A stretch of DNA of 64,000 nucleotides from Antedon mediterranea (taxonomy: Eukaryota; Animalia; Echinodermata): the NCBI RefSeq assembly GCF_964355755.1, contig NC_092680.1, positions 14,579,045 to 14,643,044 of the forward strand, in the 5' to 3' direction. Position numbers and translations under genes: made by a program. This document shows, piece by piece, positions 12,111-23,841 of the stretch. The first letter of the stretch is position 1. Every line of letters starts with the position of its first letter. Below the pieces are notes generated by a model that ran no database searches, was not told the origin of the DNA, and was given only the letters and a program-made list of their open reading frames with translations.

Positions 12111-15100
12111 ATGACAACACGGTCAGGTCAACCATACAACGAAGGCTATGGTGTGACACATAGTGAAGAAAAAAGTGGACAAGGGCAAGACGCCCCAAAC
12201 AAGATGAGTTCAAAACGAAGCACCAGTTCCAGCTCATGTTCATCCCGCAGTTCTGTGGCATCGAAAGCTCGTGCCAAGGCGGAAGCGAGTAAAGTGAAAT
12301 TGGATTTCACACGCCAACAAACACAGATTAGACCAAGGATGGCATTTCAAGAGGCAGAAATGAAACGGCAAAGTGCCCAAATACAGTTGTTGGAAGCTGA
12401 AAAGGACGCAGCAGCAGCAGAAGCTGAAGCAGCTACACTAGAAGAAGCTGCAAATTCTAAGGCAGGTAGTGAAATTAACCTTCCTACAGATGACCCGAAA
12501 GAAAGGGTAATGCAATATCTCACTGATAACGATTCCATATGCTCGAAGAACGAGCAAAATGAAGATGTAGTTACTTATAGCCTCTCGCCTAATGCTGCAA
12601 CTTCCAAAGCAGAGCAACAATTTGCCTTCAGCAGGCAATCATACTGATATAGATGGGCCCTGGCCATCTCCTAGCGCTACAGATGCCTTTGCTATGAAAA
12701 ATCCTCATCCCAATCCAGCGTTAAATCTTACACCAGAAGGTTCGATACCTGATAAATCTAGCAGACCTACGACAGTTATAGAGGCGGCTTCGCAGATAGG
12801 TAATGCTCTCCTAAAGAAGGAGTTGGTAAACAACAGCCTAAGAAAGTTTACTGACAAAGCAGCACATTACCGGGCATGGAAGGCAGCCTTCCACAATACC
12901 ACAATGGAATTAAACTTGACACCGTCACAAAAGTTGGAACTTTTAATGAAATGGCTGGGTAGCGAGTCTCACAAATTATCTATTTCAATTTACAATTCAC
13001 ACATTTCCAGACCAGAATTAGGATTAGAACGGATTTGGGAGATTCTTGACAACAAGTATGGTTCAGCCGAAGCATTAGAGAAGGATATTCAGACTAGAAT
13101 AGAGACTTTTCCTAAAATAAATACATGGGAGGCTGAGAAAATAATGCTATTCAGCCAGCTGATGAATGAAATTCAGTATATGAAAGACGAAGGTATATAT
13201 CCAGGCCTAGCTGCCTTGGACTCTGCAAGGGGTTTGCACCCACTTGTCGAAAAGCTTCCTAACAACCTTCAAGAAAAATGGTGTATGACAGGCTCACAGT
13301 ACAAGTTGGACCATAAAGTTCTATTTCCACCATTCAATGTATATGTCAAGTTTGTTCAAAAATATTCTAAGATATGGAATGATCCTAGCTTCTGCAGGCC
13401 AGCTAATCACAAGAACAGTGGTGAAGGTGTCTCAAAGGCTCAACGAACATTGGTGAATGTAAAGAATACAAATATTACAAATAAAGATGTTAATGATGGC
13501 ATGTGCCCACTGCATGAAGGAAAACATCCATTGGTGAAATGCAGGGTGTTCATAGCGAAATCATACTTGGAAAAGAAGAAACTTATTAAGGACTACAAAT
13601 TATGCTTCCGATGCCTCTTGGGAGGTCTCATTTTGCAAAGGAATGTAAAGCTAGAGTGAAGTGTGAAATATGTAAAAGTGAAGGACATTTAGATGTTTTA
13701 CACAATCAAACATATACCTCTACAACACCTAAACAGGCTAAGAATACTCAAAAGGACACCTCAACACCTCCACAAGAGGTTAAAAATATTGAAAAGAACG
13801 ACTCAGCACAACCAAAACAAGTTAAAAATGTTGAAAAGAATACCTCAACACCACCTAAACAGGTTGGCAAGAATGCATCTGCCACAAACGAACTTGAATA
13901 TGTATCTCCTAGCTGTCTGGACATCTGTGGCAGAGAAGGAGTAAGTAGATCGTGCTCGAAGATATGTCTAGCTAATGTGTAACTGAAAGAGAATCCTGAC
14001 AAGGTAGTAAAAACATATGTACTTATCGACGAACAAAGCAACAAATCATTGGTGGCTAGCAAGATGTTTGACCTGCTCGAAATATCTGGTGAACTAATCA
14101 ACTATAGAATAAAAACTTGTAATGGAGAAAAGAAAACTACTGGTAGAAAACTGCAATCCGTGGTTGTTGAAGCAATCAACAGAGAGGTTCAAATAATTCT
14201 ACCTAACCTACTTGAATGTGAAGAAATTCCTGGAAATAAGTCAGAAATCCCTACACCGGAAGTTGCAATGGCTTTCCCACATCTTGAATCCATCGCGGCA
14301 AAAATTCCATCTATCGACCAGTCTGCTGAGGTGCTGATACTTCTAGGCCGTGATGCCCCCCAAGTACATAAGGTGCGAGAAGTGATAAATGGTCCGGACA
14401 ACGCACCTTGGGGACAAAGACTTGATTTGGGTTGGGTCGTCATAGGTGAGACCTGCCTTGGAGAGGTGCATGTACCTAACACTTCTATATCAGCATGCAG
14501 AACAAGTGTTAAAATCCAAAGTAATGGAAAACCTTCCACACTAGACCCATGTCCTAACAAAGTGAAAGTGGATGAACTTTTCGACAGCGGTGAAGACACA
14601 ATAAGTTTTTCAAGAGAAGAGAAGCAGTTTTTAAAGATTATGGAGACTGAAGGAAAGTTAAATCCTGATAAACAGTGGACTGCTCCATTACCTTTTCGGA
14701 CACCAAGACCTAGACTTCCTAACAACCGAGAACAGGCATTGAAGAGAGCACTGATACTTCACAAATCTCTTGAAAAGGATAGTATCAAAAGACAACACTT
14801 CATCGCCTTCATGAAAGGAGTATTAGATAATGGACATGCAGAAAAGGCACCACCACTTAAAGCACACGAAGAACGCTGGTACTTACCTCTATTTGGTGTT
14901 TACCACCCTAAGAAATTGGAGAAAATAAGAGGTGTGTTTGACTCTTCCGCCGTCTTTCAGGGAGTATCGCTGAACCAAGTTCTATTCAAAGGGCCGGACT
15001 TAACGAACGGACTAGTTGGTGTGTTGATGCGTTTCCGAAGAGAAGGCGTAGCAGTGTGTGGTGATATAGAAAGCATGTTCTATTGCTTTGGAGTAGTCGA

Positions 15101-17847
15101 AAAGCATAGGAACTTTTTGAGGTTTTTCTGGTATGAAGAAAATGACCTAAGCAAACCACTGATAGAGTACAGGATGTGTAAGCATGTCTTTGGGAACAAG
15201 CCCTCACCAGCAGTTGCCAACTATGGGTTACGTGAAATTGTCAAGGAAGCCGACCCTGATGTTGTAGATTTTGTGAATAACAATTTTTACGTAGACGACG
15301 GCTTAACATCTTGTGAAGACAACGCTACAGCAATCTCCTTAATGAAGCGAACACAACAGGCATTGATGACCAGTGGTGGTGTACGCCTACATAAGATTTC
15401 GTCAAATAGCCAAGAGGTGTTGAATGCTTTTGAACGAGAAGACATTGCCAAAGAAATCAGAGATTTTAATGTGGAAGAAGGAGGCGCTCCTATTCAAAGA
15501 AGTCTAGGCTTACAATGGAGACTATTTGAAGATGTATTTACATTCCACATTAACCCCGAAAAAAAGCCATTCACGAAACGTGGCGTTCTAGCTACCATTA
15601 ATAGTATATACGACCCATTGGGCTTCATTTCCCCTGTGCTGGTTTGTGGACGAGTTCTATTCCGAACGATCATGCATCTTAAACTAGACTGGGATGACCC
15701 ATTGCCAGAAGGGATGAAACATAAGTGGGACGCATGGAAAGAAAGCCTGAAGAAGCTGGCATCACTAAAAATCCAAAGAACTTACCACAAAAGTCTAAGA
15801 AAGGATGTGATAAATACAAAGGTGCATGTGTACTGTGATGCTTCAGAACAAGCGGTTGCAGCTGTAGCATTCTTAAGAACAACCACTATCCACGGAACCG
15901 AGGTTGGATTCCTCATTGGAAAATCACGTATATCTCCTAAACAAGGACATACTATTCCTCGTCTTGAACTCTGTTCTACTGTGGTTGCTACAGAACTAGC
16001 TAAAATCATCATCACAGAACTACACTTTCCTCCAAGTGACATCATATACCATTCAGACAGCAGGGTATGCTTAGGGTACTTGAACAACACTACAAGACGA
16101 TTTCATACTTATGTTGCCAACAGAGTCGAAAAGGTGCTGTTAGTATGTGAACCACATCAATGGAATTATGTGCCAACTGATCAAAATCCAGCAGATCATG
16201 GAACTAGATATGTTGACCCATCAAAATTGCAGTCATGTGCTTGGCTCACTGGCCCTCAACATTTGCATAAAGAAGAAGAATCATCATTTCCTCTTGTTGA
16301 CCCTGAAAACGACAAGGAAATTAGAAAAGAAGAAGTTACCACCTTTAAAACAGTGGTAATCAAACCCCAGATGCTCAGTGAAGAGAGAATAAAACGCTTT
16401 TCTACATGGACAGGCTTGACAAGAGCAATTACTTACTTGAAACATCAAGCATCTTCATTCAGAGCAGGTGAGAAGACATCACAATGTTCTGGGTGGCATA
16501 TATGCACGCAGCATAGATCCATAGACGAATACAGACAAGCTGAAATCGTTATCATCAAAGATTTGCAAAGACAGTTCTACGACAGTGAGATAAACTGCCT
16601 GAGAGCAGGAAAGCCTGTTCACAGAAATAGCTCCGTGATAGCCCTATCACCAATGTTAAATGCTGAAGGTTTGTTAAGCGTTGGTGGTAGATTACACAAG
16701 TCTAAACTTCCCTTCATCGAAAAACACCCTACACTAATTCCAGGAAATAGCCATGTGGCGAAGCTACTTGTTCATCATTACCACACGAAAATACATCACC
16801 AAGGCAGACACTTAACTGAAGGGATGATCAGACAAGCAGGTTATTGGATCACAAGTTGTAAAAAATTAGTGTCCTCAGTGATTTACCGTTGTGTACTGTG
16901 CCGGAAACTTAGAAGAACTTTAGCTGTTCAAAGGATGGGAGACATGCCAGAAGACCGAATGTCTTGCGATCCAGCTTTCACACATGTAGGCGTTGATTGT
17001 TTTGGACCTTGGGACATAGTGGCCAGACGTACAAGAGGCGGTATAGCGAAAAACAAAAGATGGGCCGTTATGTTCTCATGCTTATCCACGAGAGCAATTC
17101 ATATTGAAGTAATTGAAGAAATGTCAACGTCATCTTTCATCAATGCACTTAGGAGGTTTGTGTCTGTCAGAGGCAAAATCAAAACCCTTCGATCAGATCA
17201 AGGCACTAACTTTATAGGTGCAAGCAACGATGATGATTTGCATACCCATCTTGTGAAGAATCAAATAGAATGGAAAATGAACCCGCCCCACGCATCCCAT
17301 GGGAGGTGCGTGGGAGAGAATGATCGGGATTACTAGAAGAGTGCTGGATGGAATGCTGGTTGACCACCAAAATAAAAATATGAGTCACGAAGTCCTAACA
17401 ACGATTATGTCAGAGGTTGTTGCTATTATTAATTCAAGACCTCTTGTTCCATTAAGCAACCATGCAGCTGATTTTGTATACTTCACACCGTCTATGTTGT
17501 TAACTCAAAAGCACCCAGGAATAGAAGAAGTGATAATTGAAAGGACCGTGCAAAACATGTACAAGGCCCAATGGAGACTGGTTCAGATTATGGCTGATCA
17601 GTTCTGGAAAAGACGGCAACCACGACGTAAATGGAAAGACAAGGCAAGCAATATGAAAATTGGAGATGTGGTGTTGTTGAAAGACAACAGTGCCAAACGA
17701 ATTCGGTGGCCAATGGGCATTGTGAACAATGTTTTCCCAGGAGATGATGGTTGCGTTCGTAAAGTCAGTGTACGCTTGCCAAGCGGAAAGAGTTTTAACA
17801 GACCTGTGCATGAATTAGTGCTACTTGTGGAATCGGACAGTAAATAA
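12111..17847 (+). pseudogene. Element A gag-pol polyprotein (Gag with CCHC knuckles, protease DEQS, RT YVDD, RNase H/A17, integrase HHCC + DDE), interrupted
   Basis: ORF pieces 12111-12647, 12592-13659, 13602-13982, 14049-17336 and 17299-17847. Motifs CPLHEGKH...C, CFRCL, RGVFDSS, DIESMF, NFYVDD, YCDAS, TIPRLEL, NPAD, GVDCFGP, SDQGTNF, GGAWERMI. Frameshifts near 12.6k, 13620 and 17299, a TAA at 13980, and an apparent deletion near 17612. Confidence 0.92.
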
Positions 17848-17959
17848 CTCTAGATTCGATTGCTTACTTCTTGTTTTAGAAAGTTTGTATTGTTATTTAA
17901 ATGCTTTATAGTTATGTTATTTAGTATGTAGTTATTGTGATGTGTTACATCACAGGGGG

Positions 17960-18816
17960 TGTAAGGTCCTATATGTATATTTATATAGAGGGCGCATTTC
18001 ATTTCAACATTGTTTTTCGTTCATGTGCAAGTTTTTTAGATGATCCCTGTTTTTGGGAATAAGACATGTGCGCGCCTAAGGTTATTGTAGGAGGAGACAT
18101 AAAATGGTCGCAAGGATGAGACCATCTGTCATAGGCGTCTGATAATATCCTATTATAAAATTGTTACGCGGAGAAAGACCATAGGTTTTGGTGAGCATCC
18201 GGTTTATTATTAACTTTAGATTGATATTATTGAGTTATTGTTTGATTTATAGTAGTTGGAAAGGCCCTAAGCCTTCTCCTACTCGTTGCCTATGATGATA
18301 TGAACGGCTAGGTTAGGCCAGATAGCCTACATCATTGTTGCCACGAGGCTGGTCAAGACGTTCATTAATTTCAATGTGTTAATGTTGATATAACAATTGT
18401 AGGCCATATCTGTCCTGTATAGTAAGGAAGGCATTTATATTATGTAATCAGCATCTCAAGTGTAATTTACAGAGAATTATTTAAGTGTTTATATATACAG
18501 TATTGTGATTTATTACACATATACGTTGTTCTGTGTAAGCCGATAGAGGGCTGTACATTGAGAGTTTTGACGTTACTAAGACGACAGGGATCGTCTTTAA
18601 ATTGTTGTTATTTGCATGATTCGTTATAACATGGTACTGCTGTATGTTAACATAGGCATTTATATTTGTCTGTTTCTTACTAGAAACGCCACAAGCTACA
18701 TGCATCACAGGTTTGACAGCTTAAAGGAGGAAATAAAAATAAGGAATAAGCAGTATATTGTGTGTAGTCTTGTTGTTGTCTACCTGAATCTAACTCCGCG
18801 ACCAGAGGTCGTTACA
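17960..18816 (+). repeat. 5' LTR of element B with TATA box, internal GT-AG intron and poly(A) signal
   Basis: TATAAAA 18154-18160; donor TG|GTGAG at 18191; acceptor TCTGTTTCTTACTAG ending 18683; AATAAA 18732-18737. Confidence 0.9.
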
Positions 18817-19239
18817 TTTCAAAACCTTGGCATTTTAAAACCTGTGTCTACGAGTCAATCTAGACAAACAAATCGGAGGTGTATTGTTGTGCAACAGGAG
18901 GCTTACGTACGTTGGATATCCAAAGATCAAGTAAGATTTGTGCAATTAATGGAGGTTCTTGATGCGTGAATAGGCTCGCTTTGGAGGAACCAAGAGGAAT
19001 TTGCATACTTTGCTGTGAAGATACTGTACCATCAAGGGAACCAAGATATCAAGGAAAAAACCGTACCTAAATATTGTTATCAAGGACTTTATCATTGATT
19101 ATATATATGCATTGTAATTTAATTACTTTCCACAAGGATTTTATTGCATTTAGGAATTTAGTGTTAATATTGTACACATCTAAATATTTCAATTACTGTT
19201 GTGCTACTCATTTAATTGATATTGTATTTGTTCGTAACA

Positions 19240-22200
19240 ATGCCTCTCTCCAAAGGTTCTTCTGTATGCTCTAGCTCTGCTGCATCCATTAGGTTGTCAG
19301 CCGCACAAACACGAGCTGACCTGGCAGTAGCTAAGGCAAAAAGGGATGTTGAATTAAAGAAACAAGAATTGGCTGCAGATATTCAAAGATTAGAACTTGA
19401 ATCTGAAGTAACTATGAACGAGGTAAAATTACAGGTTTATGAACAGGAAATAAAGAAAATGGAGGAGGAAGAGGAGAATTATAGGCAATCGAGAGACTTG
19501 GATTTTCCTGAAGGAAATAGTCAAGAAAGAGTAGCAGATTATATTCAATCTAGCATCACTCATAGTTCTATGCCACCATTACAAGATGACAATGAAGAAG
19601 ATTATGCTGTAAGGAAAGAACAGCTACCTAGTCAGCGTGGTGCAACTGTGCAACCCAAGACAAAGGCGGCTATTAATTTAAAGGATCCGATTCATGATGC
19701 ATTCATGCAGTTTATAAAAACCACCAGTTTACCAAAGAGGGAGTTGACTCCATTTAGTGGGCAGCCAACAGATTATAATAGGTTTATTCGAGCATTCGAG
19801 CATGAAGTGGAGAAAAAGGTGCCTGATAATCAAGACAGACTTTACTACCTGGAGCAGTTTACTGCAGGAGAGGTGAACCAGCTTGTTAAGAGTTTTATGC
19901 ATATGGAACCAGAAAAAGGCTATAAGGAAGCTAAACAAGCCATCGTGAAAAGATACGGTAATAAGTTTAAATTGGCGGAATCGTATCTTCAAAGAGTTAA
20001 CGGTTTCCCAGAGATAAAGGCAGAAGACGGAGGTAGAATCTCAACGTTTTCATTACTTCTTTTAGAGTGTCAAAACGTAATGTTAGATTTGGGCTATATG
20101 GATGAACTTAATGCTACCACTAACCTTCAAATAATTGTCAAGAAGCTTCCATACAAGATGCGTGAAAAATGGCGCACCAAAACTGATGCTATCCAGCAGA
20201 ACCGTCGAGTTGTATTTCGAGATTTAGTGGAATTTGTGTCTACACAGGCAAGGATACTGGACAACCCAACATTTGGTAGGATAAAGGATGATAAGGTAAT
20301 GGGAAAGACCCCATCAAAATATACGAAGAAGGATACTATGAGCGGTGCATTCGCAAGCGTAGAAGAAACATCTTACAAGGACTCTCCCATAAAGAATGTA
20401 TGCCCGTATTGCAAACTGTCAGGGTGTTGGTTAGGAAAATGTTCACCGTTTGCAAAACTAAACAGAGAAGATAAACTCAACTTCTTAGCAAAGGAAAGGA
20501 GATGTTATGGTTGCTTAGGAAAGGGACATGTATCCAAGAAGTGCAGTAGACGAAGTACATGTAAAAAATGCAACCAGAAACATCCCACCATTCTTCACAG
20601 AGATGATACACCGCCCAAGGAACAAATTAGTGGTGCTCCAGCAGGTCAGCTTAACGCTACACAGACAAGTAATGGTAATACTGTGCAGTCAGCAAATCAG
20701 CTCGCTGCTACGTCGAAAGAATTTGTACCAGCTAGTAGCGACCTAGCATCAGCTTGTGTTGATGACGATGCAGATTGTGCACTGGCCGTCGTACCAGTTT
20801 TGGTAAAGCTTAACGGGCGCCAAGTAATAACTTATGCATTTTTAGACCCAGGCAGTAACATCTCTTTTATTTCAGATAAGTTAATGCAACAATTAGGAGT
20901 AGGCGGAACCAAAGGTTCAATTTCATTCAAAACGATGGGCGTGCCACATACGGCCCCCGCGAAGTTAGTGAAGAATATAAGAATACAGGCTTTGACTGGG
21001 AAAGAAAATGATGTGACGATTCCCTTGGCCTTCTCGAAAGAAAACTTACCTATTGAGCGGAATTTAATACCCACGCAAGAAGAAATAGATAAGTGGCCCC
21101 ATCTGAGTGGAGTGAAAATCAACTATATTGAGGCCGACGTTGGGCTGCTGATTAGTATGAAGGTTCCAGGAGCTTACACACCCCTCGAGATCAAGACTGG
21201 TCCTGAAGACGCACCTCATGCAACAAGAACCAAGCTTGGGTGGATTGTGTGGGGATTGATAAAGGGAAAGAGAGCCAGTCAACATGCTTCTTACAGAACT
21301 CAACTTGTGGCCTATAATAACTCTACACATGAGGAAACAAGATTAGAGAAGCTATATCAAGGATCCTTAGAAATGGACTTTCCAGAAAAGGGACTTAATC
21401 AGGAACAGCAACTTTCCATTGAAGATAAGGAATTTATATCTAAAGTTGAGAAAGGCAGCACTATGGTTGATGGTCATTATTGTGTCGCCTTGCCGTTTAA
21501 GGAAGGTCAAGTAAAACTACCAAACAACTGGTATTTGGCAGAGAAAAGGTTGAAATCTTTGCAGAAACGACTAACGAACGATGACAAATACAAGCAAGAA
21601 TATTGCTCATACATGGAAGGTTTGGTTGAGAAAGGATTTGCTGAGAAGGTGCCAGTAGATGAAGTGACAAAGAATAGACAGTGTTGGTACGTGCCGCATC
21701 ATGGTGTTTATCACCCTCAGAAGCAAAAACTGCGAGTAGTTTTCGACTGTGCGGCCAAAGCAGAAGGTGTGTCGTTGAACGACTGTCTTCTCCCTGGACC
21801 AAATCTTACTAGCAGTTTGCTAGGAGTGCTGTTGCGATTTCGGCAAGGTAAAATAGCGCTCGTAGCTGATATTGAGGCCATGTTCTCGCAAGTGATAGTT
21901 CCGGTGAAGGATAGGGATTTCTTAAGATATATTTGGCATCCGGATAGTACTCCAGAAGTCTATAGAATGAAGGTACACACCTTTGGTGCAACATGTAGCC
22001 CATCTTGTGCCAACTTTGCGTTAAAGAAAACTGCTGATGATAACAAGGACGATTTCCCTGAGGACGTAATTGAAACTGTAAAAAATAATTTTTATGTGGA
22101 TGATCTCCTTAAGAGCCTCGACAATCCAGAGATGGCTATTGAGATGGTTGAACATTTGAGAAGACTTTGTCGACGAGGTGGGTTCAATCTGACAAAGTGG

Positions 22201-23691
22201 TCAAGTAGCAACAAAGGCGTTATACAATCTGTGCCTGAGGATCAACGTTCAACAGAATTAAAGGGACTTAATTTGAACCAGGAACTGATACCTACTGAGC
22301 GAACGCTAGGTATAAATTGTGACTTGGAGAAGGACGTGTTTCAACTGAGTACACCCAGTGTGACAAGGCAACAAAACATATGGACTAGAAGACACTTATT
22401 GTCAGTAATGAGTTCAGTATTTGACCCGATGGGGTTGATGTCACCAGTGGTACTGCCAGCAAAGGACATTTTTCAGCGATCACTTAGTTTGAAGGACAGC
22501 GGTTGGGATGACCCATTCTCCAAGGAATTACAAGAGGAGTGCACAAAGTGGTGGAGTGAGCTACAACTTCTCAAGGAGGTTGTGATTCCTAGATGGTTAG
22601 GAACATATGCACATTGCAAATGTCAACTACACGTATTTGCTGACGCATCCAGTAAGGGATATGGTGTGGTACTTTACGTAAGATTGGATGACGGATCTAA
22701 TAGATGTACTTTGCTATACAGTCGATCCAGAGTTTCGCCGAAGAAAAAACAAACTATTCCGAGGTTAGAATTGACCGCTGCGACAGTTGGTGTAAAAAGT
22801 GCAGCAATTATAAGACAAGAAATGGACGTCGAATTTGACAAGGTCTTTTTCTGGACAGACAGTATGATAGTTTTGAATTACATTCATAATAGAAATACGA
22901 GATTCAGTGTGTTCGTGGCCAACAGGCTACGCGTGATTCACGAGGGCTCGGAACTTAATCAATGGCGTCATGTTAGGAGTAAAACCAATCCAGCTGACCT
23001 TGCATCTCGAGGAATAAATCTAAAAAATGAGGATGAGGTTGCTATGTGGCTACGAGGGCCGGCGTTCCTCACAAGAGATTCGTCGGAATGGCCACAGCTA
23101 TTTCAAGGTAGTCAATTGAAAATTGATGATCCTGACGTAAAGGAAGTCTTTACAGTAGTAGAACAAAACCGTTGGATGAATGATCTGATTAAGCGGTACT
23201 CTTCCTATCACAAACTAAAGAAGGCAGTCGTATGGTGGACTAAATTTATAGGTTACTTGTCCCACAAATCCGTAACACCAATGATAACAGCAACTGAAAT
23301 GGAACAGGCCGAGATAGACTTGATCAGATATGTACAGGAAGAGTTTTTCAACGAAGAGATTGATGCGTTGAAGGGCCAAAAGGATGTGAAGAAAACTAGT
23401 TGCCTTGCAAAATTAAACCCGACCTTGGATAAATGTGTGCTGAAGGTTGGAGGGAGATTGAAGAATTCGGAGTTGGATGAAAATGCCAAGCATCCAATTG
23501 TATTGCCGAAGCATCGTCTTTCAGAGGTGATAATTAATGAGGTTCACAAGCGCACAGGTCATTGTGGCAGGAATCAGTTAATCGACGAGGTGCGAAAGAA
23601 ATTTTGGATTGTCACGCTTCCATCGGTTGCGAAAGCATGTGTTACAAGATGTATCAATTGCTTAGAAGATAATCCAATTATATTGCTTTAA
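19240..23691 (+). CDS. Element B Gag-PR-RT-RNase H polyprotein, uninterrupted, ending just after the integrase HHCC zinc finger
   Basis: First ATG 19240 (MPLSKGSS). Cys/His knuckles (CYGCLGKGHVSKKC, CKKCNQKH), FLDPGS protease, RVVFDCAA, DIEAMF, NFYVDD, FADAS, TIPRLEL, NPAD, H...H...C..C, then LEDNPIILL*. Confidence 0.93.
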   Translation: MPLSKGSSVCSSSAASIRLSAAQTRADLAVAKAKRDVELKKQELAADIQRLELESEVTMNEVKLQVYEQEIKKMEEEEENYRQSRDLDFPEGNSQERVADYIQSSITHSSMPPLQDDNEEDYAVRKEQLPSQRGATVQPKTKAAINLKDPIHDAFMQFIKTTSLPKRELTPFSGQPTDYNRFIRAFEHEVEKKVPDNQDRLYYLEQFTAGEVNQLVKSFMHMEPEKGYKEAKQAIVKRYGNKFKLAESYLQRVNGFPEIKAEDGGRISTFSLLLLECQNVMLDLGYMDELNATTNLQIIVKKLPYKMREKWRTKTDAIQQNRRVVFRDLVEFVSTQARILDNPTFGRIKDDKVMGKTPSKYTKKDTMSGAFASVEETSYKDSPIKNVCPYCKLSGCWLGKCSPFAKLNREDKLNFLAKERRCYGCLGKGHVSKKCSRRSTCKKCNQKHPTILHRDDTPPKEQISGAPAGQLNATQTSNGNTVQSANQLAATSKEFVPASSDLASACVDDDADCALAVVPVLVKLNGRQVITYAFLDPGSNISFISDKLMQQLGVGGTKGSISFKTMGVPHTAPAKLVKNIRIQALTGKENDVTIPLAFSKENLPIERNLIPTQEEIDKWPHLSGVKINYIEADVGLLISMKVPGAYTPLEIKTGPEDAPHATRTKLGWIVWGLIKGKRASQHASYRTQLVAYNNSTHEETRLEKLYQGSLEMDFPEKGLNQEQQLSIEDKEFISKVEKGSTMVDGHYCVALPFKEGQVKLPNNWYLAEKRLKSLQKRLTNDDKYKQEYCSYMEGLVEKGFAEKVPVDEVTKNRQCWYVPHHGVYHPQKQKLRVVFDCAAKAEGVSLNDCLLPGPNLTSSLLGVLLRFRQGKIALVADIEAMFSQVIVPVKDRDFLRYIWHPDSTPEVYRMKVHTFGATCSPSCANFALKKTADDNKDDFPEDVIETVKNNFYVDDLLKSLDNPEMAIEMVEHLRRLCRRGGFNLTKWSSSNKGVIQSVPEDQRSTELKGLNLNQELIPTERTLGINCDLEKDVFQLSTPSVTRQQNIWTRRHLLSVMSSVFDPMGLMSPVVLPAKDIFQRSLSLKDSGWDDPFSKELQEECTKWWSELQLLKEVVIPRWLGTYAHCKCQLHVFADASSKGYGVVLYVRLDDGSNRCTLLYSRSRVSPKKKQTIPRLELTAATVGVKSAAIIRQEMDVEFDKVFFWTDSMIVLNYIHNRNTRFSVFVANRLRVIHEGSELNQWRHVRSKTNPADLASRGINLKNEDEVAMWLRGPAFLTRDSSEWPQLFQGSQLKIDDPDVKEVFTVVEQNRWMNDLIKRYSSYHKLKKAVVWWTKFIGYLSHKSVTPMITATEMEQAEIDLIRYVQEEFFNEEIDALKGQKDVKKTSCLAKLNPTLDKCVLKVGGRLKNSELDENAKHPIVLPKHRLSEVIINEVHKRTGHCGRNQLIDEVRKKFWIVTLPSVAKACVTRCINCLEDNPIILL

Positions 23692-23841
23692 TTATTGTTT
23701 GTTTAAGATATTGATTGTATGTTACTAAACTTTATCAGGTTATTATAGAATTTATAATTGATCAAGATCGAAAATTGTATGTTTGTTTAATGTTTAAGGT
23801 GTTTGCTAATGCTCACTTTGAGTTTGCATTAGGAGGGCCGG

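Noticed and set aside
18481-18969. Small ORFs in the B LTRs and antisense ORFs within gag-pol
   Set aside because: No recognisable domains; expected by chance or as shadows of the long sense ORFs.
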